Positions 42,685 to 51,868 of a stretch of 64,000 nucleotides of DNA are shown here, in pieces (the stretch's first letter is position 1; each line of letters begins with the position of its first letter). Source of the stretch: a virus. The notes beneath the pieces were generated by a model. That model was not told the origin of the DNA. It was given only the letters and a program-made list of their open reading frames with translations, and made no database searches. The position numbers and the translations under genes are program-made. Where the stretch lies: the IMG/VR virus record IMGVR_UViG_3300002153_000349, positions 3,176 to 67,175 of that record. One strand, given 5' to 3'.

Positions 42685-44163
42685 ATGCCAGTAAATAATC
42701 ACATTTTAAATGTATTAGAGCATTCTTTGGAATTAGACACTATAAAGTTTGATTCGCATGATGAAGAAGAGGGTGCACAAAAGATAAGCCATGAGTATGG
42801 CGGTCCAGTTCCTATGATAGTTATTAATGGTAATTCATTTTCAGATGAATCCATTAAAAGAATGGAAATAGACTGTAGTGTAAAAATTCCAATGATAAGC
42901 GCTGTCATCCTCGATACTAAAGGTACATTTGATGCTGATAATATACCAAGAGACGGTGATGTTATTTCAATAAGAATAGCCGCTAGGCAACAAGATACGT
43001 TTAGGGATATTAGAATAGATTTCGATATAGATGAAGTAACAGGTCCTCCTGCTAACGATTTAAAAAGAGCAACTAATGGAGCTAAATACGTTTTTCAAGG
43101 AACTATGAAAATACCTACAATGCATTCCGAGGGATGTGCATCGTATGAGGGTACTTCTAGGGAACAGATTGAAGAGTTTGCTACGAACTTAAAATTAGGA
43201 TTAGCAACAAATATAGATTCAGCTGATGATGCTATGAAAGCTCTTAACGCATGTCAACCTAATTTAGAATTTTTAAATAATTTAGTAGAACATTCATATA
43301 TAGGTGAAGATAGTTTTCAAACATATTGTATAGACCCTTATTATAATTTATGTTATGTTGATGTTAACGCACTATTAAACTCAGAGGAAGGATTAGATGA
43401 AACATTCATAAATATGGATGTAGACTTTGATGAAGATGGAGAAGATCAAACTTCAAATAAAATAGAATCCCCAAACATACTGACAAATGCGGCTAGCATG
43501 AATTCCACTAACACCTTTATATCAAGTTACAATCTTGTAAACAATTCAGGAGCATTGGCTAAGAAAAACGGATATAAAAGGAAAATGATATATTGGGAAA
43601 ATGATTCAGTAGGCGTAGTTGCTCATGAACTAGAACCACTCGCTAGTGATAACATGAAGGATATAGATGAGCCCCTGAAGGGCAGAAGAGATGAAGACAG
43701 ATATACCAAAGAAGTAAAATCAAAATACGTTGGAAGGCTCCCTATTCAATCCGATGACGTACCTAATGTACATTTAAATTATTCATATTCTGCAATTAGT
43801 AATAAGCAGAACTTAGATGAAATGAATAAAATGAAATTAGAAGTAACTTTAAAAACATTTAATCCAGGAATACACCTTTGGCAAAAAATACCTGTGCAGA
43901 TTATGAAATCCGGTTTCACACAAATCAGTTCACAGCAGGGTATAAATGAGGCAAAGGATGAAAAGGGATTTGAAACAGATCAAGAAGTTGAAGCTGAAAG
44001 TGTAAATGATTTAAACGCAGATCAAGTTAAAGATGAGTTTTTAACAGGCTATTATATAATAGGAGGAATTAAATATATTTATAGCCAAAGCACTGGTCTT
44101 ACACAAAAGCTTACAATGTTAAGAAGAGAGTGGCCCAGTAGAATTAATAATCTGGAAGGCTAA
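42685..44163 (+). CDS. Putative baseplate hub protein (gp27/gpD-like)
   Basis: Size and position between the gp53-like and spike genes; C-terminal LTGYYIIGGIKYIY...QKLTMLRR pattern. Confidence 0.55.
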   Translation: MPVNNHILNVLEHSLELDTIKFDSHDEEEGAQKISHEYGGPVPMIVINGNSFSDESIKRMEIDCSVKIPMISAVILDTKGTFDADNIPRDGDVISIRIAARQQDTFRDIRIDFDIDEVTGPPANDLKRATNGAKYVFQGTMKIPTMHSEGCASYEGTSREQIEEFATNLKLGLATNIDSADDAMKALNACQPNLEFLNNLVEHSYIGEDSFQTYCIDPYYNLCYVDVNALLNSEEGLDETFINMDVDFDEDGEDQTSNKIESPNILTNAASMNSTNTFISSYNLVNNSGALAKKNGYKRKMIYWENDSVGVVAHELEPLASDNMKDIDEPLKGRRDEDRYTKEVKSKYVGRLPIQSDDVPNVHLNYSYSAISNKQNLDEMNKMKLEVTLKTFNPGIHLWQKIPVQIMKSGFTQISSQQGINEAKDEKGFETDQEVEAESVNDLNADQVKDEFLTGYYIIGGIKYIYSQSTGLTQKLTMLRREWPSRINNLEG

Positions 44164-44190
44164 CACTAAACTAATAAGAATATATACTAT

Positions 44191-45459
44191 ATGTCAGATT
44201 TTAAAAATAAATTAGATTTTCAAAAGGGTAAGTTAGCACAATCCCCATATCAAGATCCTACGTTTCTTTCATTTGTTATATTATTTAACGTGGCAGATCA
44301 TACTAATTCTCCTCTTTTATCTGGAGCCGCTGAAGAATTTTATAAAGAGCAGCTTGGAGCTTCTGAGAAAGCTACTAGAAATATAGATAGCGGTCCTAGT
44401 AATCCATTAGCAGCACTTTCTTCATCTGCGGGTCCTGCTGATTCATCTTCATCACCAACTGCTAGGTTTTATGAAGATAGATTAGACAGCCTTATTAAAT
44501 TTAAGAAAGCATTGTTGGATATAAATAGAAATACCCCTTGGTTCTTTCAAGGATTACAGGGTGTTGATAGAGCAGTTACTGCGTTTGATCCTAATAATCC
44601 TTACCTCGGAGGAGATGAGGCAAAGTTAACATTAAGTTGTTTAGAATCTATTAACCTTAGAGTTTCTGGTCTTATGCACCTTTATAGAAAAGCAGTGTTC
44701 GATGAAATTAAATGGAATTGGATATTACCTGAAAATTTAAGAAAGTTTTCGATGATAGTATATGTCACTGAGGTTAGGAAGTTTCAAAATATATCTAGAA
44801 TAGAATTAAGTGGAATTCCTAAGAAAATAGACTTAGCTGCTATTAAGGGTTTTCCTGGAAATATGAAGCCAAGTTTAGGAGTTAATAATGGTAATGAAGG
44901 AATTTCCGGAAGTGCCAATAGACCTTTCTTTATGTTTAGATTCGGAGAGTGTGAATTTTCATTGAACACCGGTTCTGAAATATTCGGAGATCTTACTAAA
45001 AATCCAGGCGAACAAGCTAGGCAAACTATAGAAATGACATACGAAGTCATAGATAAAATGGATGCTAGGGTTTTAAATGGAATTGTATCAGACACTATAC
45101 CAGATGGACTTTCACCGGCACATGACTCTGAAGATTATAAAGCAGACGGAATACTTGGACTTTTAGGTGATAAGTTAAAAGGAAAGCTAAAAGAATTAGG
45201 AGAAAGAGGATTAGATGATCTTAATAGATTAGCAAGAGAAAAGAAAGATGAATTAGTTCAAAGTGCAAGAGATGGTATTAGGGGTAGAGTTCCTAATTTC
45301 GAGAACATATACCAAGATGCCCTAAAGGGTGTTTCTGACGGAGTAGATAATATAGGTGGAAACATAGCTGAAAATGTATTTAATGTAGATACCTCATCGA
45401 CAGTTGGAGATGCTTTAACAAAGGCAGCTGCACAGTCTCTTGGTAATATAAACGATTAA
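44191..45459 (+). CDS. Putative tail/baseplate structural protein
   Basis: Context; AATATATA 4 nt upstream. Confidence 0.5.
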   Translation: MSDFKNKLDFQKGKLAQSPYQDPTFLSFVILFNVADHTNSPLLSGAAEEFYKEQLGASEKATRNIDSGPSNPLAALSSSAGPADSSSSPTARFYEDRLDSLIKFKKALLDINRNTPWFFQGLQGVDRAVTAFDPNNPYLGGDEAKLTLSCLESINLRVSGLMHLYRKAVFDEIKWNWILPENLRKFSMIVYVTEVRKFQNISRIELSGIPKKIDLAAIKGFPGNMKPSLGVNNGNEGISGSANRPFFMFRFGECEFSLNTGSEIFGDLTKNPGEQARQTIEMTYEVIDKMDARVLNGIVSDTIPDGLSPAHDSEDYKADGILGLLGDKLKGKLKELGERGLDDLNRLAREKKDELVQSARDGIRGRVPNFENIYQDALKGVSDGVDNIGGNIAENVFNVDTSSTVGDALTKAAAQSLGNIND

Positions 45460-45462
45460 AAT

Positions 45463-46164
45463 ATGTCAACTGAAAAAGAATTAAATACTGATAATCTCAG
45501 AGACACCCATTGGTTAGGAGAAGTTATCGACAATGTCGATCCTCTTAAGATGGGTAGATGTAAGGTTAAGGTTTTGGGTAAATATGATAATTTACCGGAT
45601 GATGCTATTCCATGGGCAACTCCTATGAATAGAGATGCAGTAGGTTCACATCATGTTCCAAGAATAGGAGATATAGTTTCAGCTAGATTTGATAATGGAA
45701 ATTTATATCATCCTGAATATTGGTTTCAGATAGAGCAGAATCTTGATCTTAAAGAAGATATTTTAGATGGTGCAGGCAATGCTGAAAATGTAATCAGTTT
45801 AGTGTATGATGCTGAAAGAAACGTAAGAATTTATCACTCAGAAGAAGATGGTCTTGTAATTACTAGAGGTCTCGGTGCAAAAGAAAGACCTATAATACAA
45901 ATAGATGAAGCCGGCGATATTAAAATTTCTACAGATGATAGAATATTTTTAGATGCAGGTAATATATTTTTAAGTAATACTGGAGAACCCGGTGAAGACA
46001 CTGAGCAGCCAGCCGTAAGAGGATTAGACTTAGAGACATTCCTAAGGAATTTTATTACAGACTATAAAGCACATATTCATCCGACGGGTGTTGGTCCTTC
46101 CGGAACTTTACAAGTTCCATTTGCCGAAGGAGATCACAAGTCATATCAACAAGAAAATAAATAA
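45463..46164 (+). CDS. Baseplate central spike (gp5/gpV-like OB-fold, no lysozyme domain)
   Basis: G.VIDNVDPLKMGRCKVKV, IPWA.P, VP.IGD.V...F.NG; C-terminal HIH motif. Confidence 0.8.
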   Translation: MSTEKELNTDNLRDTHWLGEVIDNVDPLKMGRCKVKVLGKYDNLPDDAIPWATPMNRDAVGSHHVPRIGDIVSARFDNGNLYHPEYWFQIEQNLDLKEDILDGAGNAENVISLVYDAERNVRIYHSEEDGLVITRGLGAKERPIIQIDEAGDIKISTDDRIFLDAGNIFLSNTGEPGEDTEQPAVRGLDLETFLRNFITDYKAHIHPTGVGPSGTLQVPFAEGDHKSYQQENK

Positions 46165-46166
46165 TT

Positions 46167-47852
46167 ATGCCAGCACAATGGTCAACATTCATAGGTGAAG
46201 TATCGGATATTCTAGAAAAACCAGAAGAGCAACCACTAGACGCGAAAGATTTTGGAAAAAAATTAGCGAAGGCATATTTAGCAGCAGTTCAGGGCAATGC
46301 ACAATGTATTCCGGGAATGGCTAATCATGAAGGCTCACCGGGTGAATCTGCATTTATAGCAAGCTACGAACAGTGGTTTCATGATCTTTGGGAAAAAGGT
46401 GAACCGGTGATGGTAACCCCGGATAACGAAGAACCCCTTATAAATGAAAAAGATAATTTAATAGCATTCTTAGCGACAGCTGAAGGTGCTGCGACTAGAT
46501 TAACGATTGCAGGGAAGGACAATGATCCAGAATATAACAAACTAGAAGGTGAAATAGGAGAAGGTATACAATATGAGCCAACGGAAGAGCTTGACAAGTA
46601 TTTAGAAGAGTTTAAGGATGACGAAGCAGAAAACCTATATAGATATAGATATTTTGAATTCCACCGCTTAGATGGTAAGGAATCAGCTGATGAATTAGCT
46701 CGAATAACTGCAACAAGATTGTTAATGACCTTTGAAGATATCTCAGATGGAGAAAAAAGACTAGATTTTTGGAAATGGCTAGAGCGTCTAGAAAAGAATA
46801 CACATTTCACTACAAGTACTACTATTATAAACGACAGAACACGAAATAGGGATAACGCTATCGCTACACTGAAGGGATTAGATTGGAACTGGAGATCATT
46901 TGCAGGATCTGGCACCGGAAATAAACAACGGTTTCATGAACTAGTTGTACAATATATAAGGGAGTCAATATTATTATCACATCCAGCCTCGACAGAATAT
47001 ACTAATAGTTACGGAAATACTGCAACTCGCTCAGTTGACAAGGCGAATGAGGTGGCCGTAGAAATGGATAAAGTAAATGAAATGACATATCCTTGGCCAT
47101 TCGACACAACACTACCCGAGGGCTATGAAGAAATGGAACCTTCAGAAAAAATAAAGGTCAGATATCATTTTAAATTAAACAACCTAAAGATACAAGAACC
47201 GTATGAAGAGAATCAGAAAATGCCGCCTGTACTAACACAGTCATTTGTTTCTGAATTTTCATGGAACGGAAGTGATGATTATGGACAAAAGCATTCAAGG
47301 CTTATATTCGAATATGTAGATACTGAGCTAAGAAAAAAATGGCAAGGATGTCCATTAAGTACAAGTGACGAAGGCCAGGATTCTATTGTAAATATAGATA
47401 TGTCTAAAACGGGAACTTTAGCTAAACAAATTAGAAATACTTTAATAGTAGAAATGGGAATTGAAGCTGCAATGTTAGCAGAAGGTGGAAGTAAAGATGA
47501 TCCATATAAAGAACTTGCAAAGGCAACTCTTAAATACTGGAAAGATGCAACAATACAGCCGTTTGCAACTGGTGACCCGACACCGCCATGTACATCAATA
47601 CCTGTTCTTATGGGAAAATATATAGGTGTCAGTTATGGAAATCAAAAGAAATTAGCAGATAATTTAAGAAGAGCTCTTAATTCAGGAAAGGATTCTGATA
47701 ACGTGCATGATGCAGCCGAGGACGTTGCAAGTGCATTAGCATATTCTTATTTTACACATCTTAGCCAAATGAAATTTATTTATATGGGCGGAATAGCGGT
47801 TCCTTTAGTTCCTTATATTCCTATGATAGGATTTGACGCCACCGTAATTTGA
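46167..47852 (+). CDS. Hypothetical protein following the spike gene (probably structural)
   Basis: 561-aa ORF; context-based call. Confidence 0.6.
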   Translation: MPAQWSTFIGEVSDILEKPEEQPLDAKDFGKKLAKAYLAAVQGNAQCIPGMANHEGSPGESAFIASYEQWFHDLWEKGEPVMVTPDNEEPLINEKDNLIAFLATAEGAATRLTIAGKDNDPEYNKLEGEIGEGIQYEPTEELDKYLEEFKDDEAENLYRYRYFEFHRLDGKESADELARITATRLLMTFEDISDGEKRLDFWKWLERLEKNTHFTTSTTIINDRTRNRDNAIATLKGLDWNWRSFAGSGTGNKQRFHELVVQYIRESILLSHPASTEYTNSYGNTATRSVDKANEVAVEMDKVNEMTYPWPFDTTLPEGYEEMEPSEKIKVRYHFKLNNLKIQEPYEENQKMPPVLTQSFVSEFSWNGSDDYGQKHSRLIFEYVDTELRKKWQGCPLSTSDEGQDSIVNIDMSKTGTLAKQIRNTLIVEMGIEAAMLAEGGSKDDPYKELAKATLKYWKDATIQPFATGDPTPPCTSIPVLMGKYIGVSYGNQKKLADNLRRALNSGKDSDNVHDAAEDVASALAYSYFTHLSQMKFIYMGGIAVPLVPYIPMIGFDATVI

Positions 47853-47898
47853 TATATAACTAGTAAAACATACATTAACCCTTTTAAAAACAAAGTAA

Positions 47899-49227
47899 AT
47901 GTCAACAAAGACAACTCAAAAACAAAAGAGAGCTAGACTCTCAGCGACAACTCAACTAGTTGAAGCAAATCAAGAAACAGAAGTTAAAGTAGAAACTTCA
48001 TTAAACACACCAGCTCCAGAAAAACCAACTCCCGGTCCAGATACAAATTATATGGATGAAAACGGAGAATTCATGTGGGACCAATACGAGGCAACATGTG
48101 TAACTAAGCTTAGGAAACCCAATCCACATATTAAAGCACCTAAAGGTGTAAAAGTATATAGCAGAGAATCATACGCTCAAGAACTATTTGACATAATGGA
48201 AGGTCATTCATTGACCTCTAACACAATATATTCTTTACAATTAGGCGCTAGTTATACAGGAAAAGTATATGCAGTTGATTCAGAATGGGCATCAATTGAT
48301 GTAGGATATAGAGAATTAGTCTATGTAGATTTATCAAGAGAAACTGTAGAAGTAAGAGAACTTTTAAAACAGGGAGTAGAAGTTGACGTTCAGTTAATCG
48401 CTGACACTTCAATGAATGTCAAAAAATATATGATAGGTTCCGTAACTGAAGGTCTTAAGACTAAGGTTATTAAAGAAATCGTAGCATCTATTGACGATGG
48501 AAATACAGCATACAGTGGTGTTGTTGCCAAGATGATTCCAGGTGGAGGATATATGGTGCAAGTTCAAGGCATTGATTGCTTTATGCCAGGCTCATTAGCA
48601 GGTGTAAATAAATTACACGACTTCGAATCAATCATTAACACCGAAATGTATGTAGTACCTGTTAGTTATTCAGAAGAAAAAGGAACTGTTGTAGTTTCTC
48701 ACAGAGCATACTTAAGAGCTCTTATTCCTAATACACTTAAAGAAATACAAGAGGACATTACATCTGAAAGAACAGGTCATGTTACAGGCTCTGCAAAATA
48801 TGGTGTATTTGTTGAATTTGAAGGATGTTTAACGGGTATGATTCACGTTAACGACCTAGACACTGAGACATCAAAGGCACATAGAGATAGATCTTTAGAG
48901 CCAGGAACAGAGATCAAGTTCTATGTTAAAGAAGTTATTAATGAAAGAAAAATTACGCTTGTTCAAGGTTCTCCTGCTGAGAAGAAAGTAGATCCATGGG
49001 AAGGTATTTCTTCTAGATATACTAAGAAAACCGAAGTAGTTGGTATTGTAAAATCTACTAAAGATTATGGTTTATTTGTAGAAATAGAAGAAGGTGTTGT
49101 AGGACTCTTACATATATCGGAATTCCCTGATAACATAGATATTAAAGATATATCTAAAGGTGCAGATATTACTGTCCAAGTGATCAGAGTTGAAGAAGAT
49201 ACTAGAAAAGTATTCCTTAAACTATAA
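47899..49227 (+). CDS. rpsA: Ribosomal protein bS1 homolog with four S1 domains
   Basis: D1 (ASIDVGYRE), D2 (CFMPGS...VVVSHRA), D3 (YGVFVEF..LTGMIHV), D4 (DPW...DYGLFVEIEEGVVGLLHISE); GATATATA at 47851-47858. Confidence 0.82.
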   Translation: MSTKTTQKQKRARLSATTQLVEANQETEVKVETSLNTPAPEKPTPGPDTNYMDENGEFMWDQYEATCVTKLRKPNPHIKAPKGVKVYSRESYAQELFDIMEGHSLTSNTIYSLQLGASYTGKVYAVDSEWASIDVGYRELVYVDLSRETVEVRELLKQGVEVDVQLIADTSMNVKKYMIGSVTEGLKTKVIKEIVASIDDGNTAYSGVVAKMIPGGGYMVQVQGIDCFMPGSLAGVNKLHDFESIINTEMYVVPVSYSEEKGTVVVSHRAYLRALIPNTLKEIQEDITSERTGHVTGSAKYGVFVEFEGCLTGMIHVNDLDTETSKAHRDRSLEPGTEIKFYVKEVINERKITLVQGSPAEKKVDPWEGISSRYTKKTEVVGIVKSTKDYGLFVEIEEGVVGLLHISEFPDNIDIKDISKGADITVQVIRVEEDTRKVFLKL

Positions 49228-49248
49228 TCAAATCTATAATTTAATTGA

Positions 49249-49273
49249 AAGAGCCCGATCACTCGGGCTTTTT
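49249..49273 (+). terminator. Intrinsic terminator
   Basis: aagagcccga-tcac-tcgggctttt. Confidence 0.8.
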
Positions 49274-49332
49274 CACGTTATAGTGTATCTAACAGAGATA
49301 TATAAACCAACTTAAGTTATACAATTACGTAA

Positions 49333-50628
49333 ATGAATAATATTAATAATTCAGACATATTAAAGAATTCGCTACTAGGCGTTGAATTTGAATTCTATTC
49401 TAATAAGGATATCGATACGACTGCTAAAGAGTTAGCGGGTCTTTTAGGTAAAAAGATTAGAGTAGAAGCAAAGGCGCATAGTGATTTTGAAGTTACAAGA
49501 GACGAGTTCAAGATAGAACCTGATATGTCAGGTGGTGAAAAACTGATGGAACTCGTAACAGGTCCACAGCCTTATTATTCTGCAAGAATGATGATCATCA
49601 AAGTATGTAAATGGATAGAAGAAAATGGATATACTAATGATAGAAGTTCTATTCACTTAAACATATCCTTTGATACAGATAAAATAGAAAATAAACACAG
49701 AATATCTAAAATGAATGTTCTTAAATTTATTTTAGATTTTAAAGAAAGTCAAGTCTTTAAGTTTTTTCCTGAAAGAAAGGATTCTGCATACGCAAAATCA
49801 ATTAAATTCGTTTTACCTAAGTCAGATACTTATTTCTACGATGGATTAAATATTACTCCTAGTAATTTCATATATCCTGATTCTAAATATTACGGAATTA
49901 ACTTTGAAAAAAGACATAAGAATTATTTAGAATTTAGATATCTTGGCGGAGAAGATTGGGAAAAGAAAACTTCTAAGATTCTACAAATGCTAGATCTTTT
50001 TATAACTCAACTATGGAATAGCACGAGTAATGTTCAATTTAACAATCTTAATTCAATAGAGCTTAGAAAAATTCTTGCTAAGAATGAAAGAATTATAAAG
50101 GCTAGAAGAGATTGGAAATCTATCAATGCGGGATGGAATAAAGATGTTAAATTAACGGTCGATTTAAATGACAATGAAAAGATAATAGATTTACACTGGC
50201 CTAATATTAGAGAAAGAGTTCTTAGATTATTTACACACGGTGAATTAACAAAAGGACATATTAACTATGATGCTGACAACGGAACTATTCAAGTAGAAGG
50301 TGGTAACTTATCATATTGTGTAGAATTAGAAGGATATGAATTTATAAGATGTTCTTTGAGAGGAGAATTTACAAATTGTGATTTCTTTGGATGTGACATA
50401 AATGGATCCGATATACATACATGTAATTTCTATCAATCTACACAGGTTAATTCATCTAAATTAGAAAGTTCATACGTTCATCAGTCTTGTATATTAAAGG
50501 ACTGTTACATATACGGAAATGGAATAATGAAAGGATCAATGCAAGGTGGTATATTTAGAGATGGTAAATATGATAAAAGAACTGCAAAGTTCGACAACAC
50601 CGAAAAAATACTTTACACTGAAGTTTAA
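49333..50628 (+). CDS. Putative amidoligase (COOH-NH2 ligase type 2) with a C-terminal beta-helix-like repeat region
   Basis: GVEFEF, EPD.S, ELVT, SSIHLNIS, KYYGIN, LEFR; C-terminal Cys/Ser-spaced pentapeptide-like repeats. Confidence 0.7.
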   Translation: MNNINNSDILKNSLLGVEFEFYSNKDIDTTAKELAGLLGKKIRVEAKAHSDFEVTRDEFKIEPDMSGGEKLMELVTGPQPYYSARMMIIKVCKWIEENGYTNDRSSIHLNISFDTDKIENKHRISKMNVLKFILDFKESQVFKFFPERKDSAYAKSIKFVLPKSDTYFYDGLNITPSNFIYPDSKYYGINFEKRHKNYLEFRYLGGEDWEKKTSKILQMLDLFITQLWNSTSNVQFNNLNSIELRKILAKNERIIKARRDWKSINAGWNKDVKLTVDLNDNEKIIDLHWPNIRERVLRLFTHGELTKGHINYDADNGTIQVEGGNLSYCVELEGYEFIRCSLRGEFTNCDFFGCDINGSDIHTCNFYQSTQVNSSKLESSYVHQSCILKDCYIYGNGIMKGSMQGGIFRDGKYDKRTAKFDNTEKILYTEV

Positions 50629-50644
50629 AAATAACTAAAATAAA

Positions 50645-51478
50645 ATGAGTGATAATATAATAGGTAATGATAGCAACCAACAGGCTCCAAGCTGGGATAA
50701 TCCTACATGCTTTAATAACTTTGTAAATGAGTTGGCATCGGAAGTGACAGGGTCATGTATGATTCCTATGAATCTCCCAAGGGCAGAAGTTGAAAGACTT
50801 GTTAAAAGAGCAAAGAAATGGTTTTATAAGAATTACGAATATTCAATGAAAGAAAACTTTATGGTTTTACCAAAGGAACTCTTTACAACACAATATTTTA
50901 AGAATAAAAGATCGTTCACACTACCTAAAATGGATCCAGTTACCGGTGGTGGAGAAGTTTATTCAGTATATGGATGTTTTGAAACAGGATCTAAGTATGC
51001 AGGTGGTTCAGATATTAGATTTCAAGAAGGAGATTTTGCTATTGAGAGAATGATGTACCAGGGTATGTTTAGTGGAGATGGTGTAGTTGATGCCGCAGAG
51101 AGCTTACAATACTATGTGGTTAATGAAAGTTTCTTTGATATGGCTAGACAGATCTTAGAGAATCCTATAGGATTTCACTATAATCAATTAACTCATGAGA
51201 TTAAATTTACAGGTGAAACACCTAATAGAAATATTATATTAGAGGTATATGAAACTATTCCTGAATGTGCTCTTTTCGAAGATGAAGCATTCTTTAGGTA
51301 TTGTGCTGCTAAGATTAAAATTTCACTAGGTCAAAAATTAAGTATATTTGGATTTGCTTTACCTGGTAATATAGAAGTAAACGCCGATGCAATTCAAGGT
51401 TTAGGTGAAGGAGAATTAGAAGCAGTAATAGAAGAAATAAAATCAGATGAAGGCACCGATTGGATGATGCATTCTTAA
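50645..51478 (+). CDS. Neck/head-completion protein, T4 gp13-like
   Basis: FHYNQLTH; YCAAKIK..LG..L......LPG.IEVN...I...GE.EL pattern. Confidence 0.7.
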   Translation: MSDNIIGNDSNQQAPSWDNPTCFNNFVNELASEVTGSCMIPMNLPRAEVERLVKRAKKWFYKNYEYSMKENFMVLPKELFTTQYFKNKRSFTLPKMDPVTGGGEVYSVYGCFETGSKYAGGSDIRFQEGDFAIERMMYQGMFSGDGVVDAAESLQYYVVNESFFDMARQILENPIGFHYNQLTHEIKFTGETPNRNIILEVYETIPECALFEDEAFFRYCAAKIKISLGQKLSIFGFALPGNIEVNADAIQGLGEGELEAVIEEIKSDEGTDWMMHS

Positions 51479-51494
51479 TAGAATATATAGTTAA

Positions 51495-51848
51495 ATGGAG
51501 TTTTATATAAAAGCACAAGGAGATCCTGGTTTTGATCCAGCTAAGTTAGAAGTTAATTCTGAACTGGCTAGGCTAATGACACAGATAGAAACCATTCTTT
51601 TTACAAGAAGAGGTGATGTATTAGGTGATCCTGAGTTTGGAGCAAATTTAGAAGATTATGTTTATTCTTTAAGCTATAATGACTATTTATTAAAAAAAGT
51701 AGTTGCCGAGCAGATTTTTAGATATGCACCCTTGGCTAGAAAATTTAACGTCACAGTAGATGTTGACTTCACAAAAGAAGTTGACAGGCATGCCGTGTTT
51801 GTAGACATACGAATTGATAATAGGTATCAACTAGGAGTTTATGTATAA
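51495..51848 (+). CDS. Baseplate wedge protein, gp25/GPW-like
   Basis: ILFTRRGDVLGDPEFGANL motif; size. Confidence 0.8.
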   Translation: MEFYIKAQGDPGFDPAKLEVNSELARLMTQIETILFTRRGDVLGDPEFGANLEDYVYSLSYNDYLLKKVVAEQIFRYAPLARKFNVTVDVDFTKEVDRHAVFVDIRIDNRYQLGVYV

Positions 51849-51868
51849 TAAAACTAATAAAATAAAAA

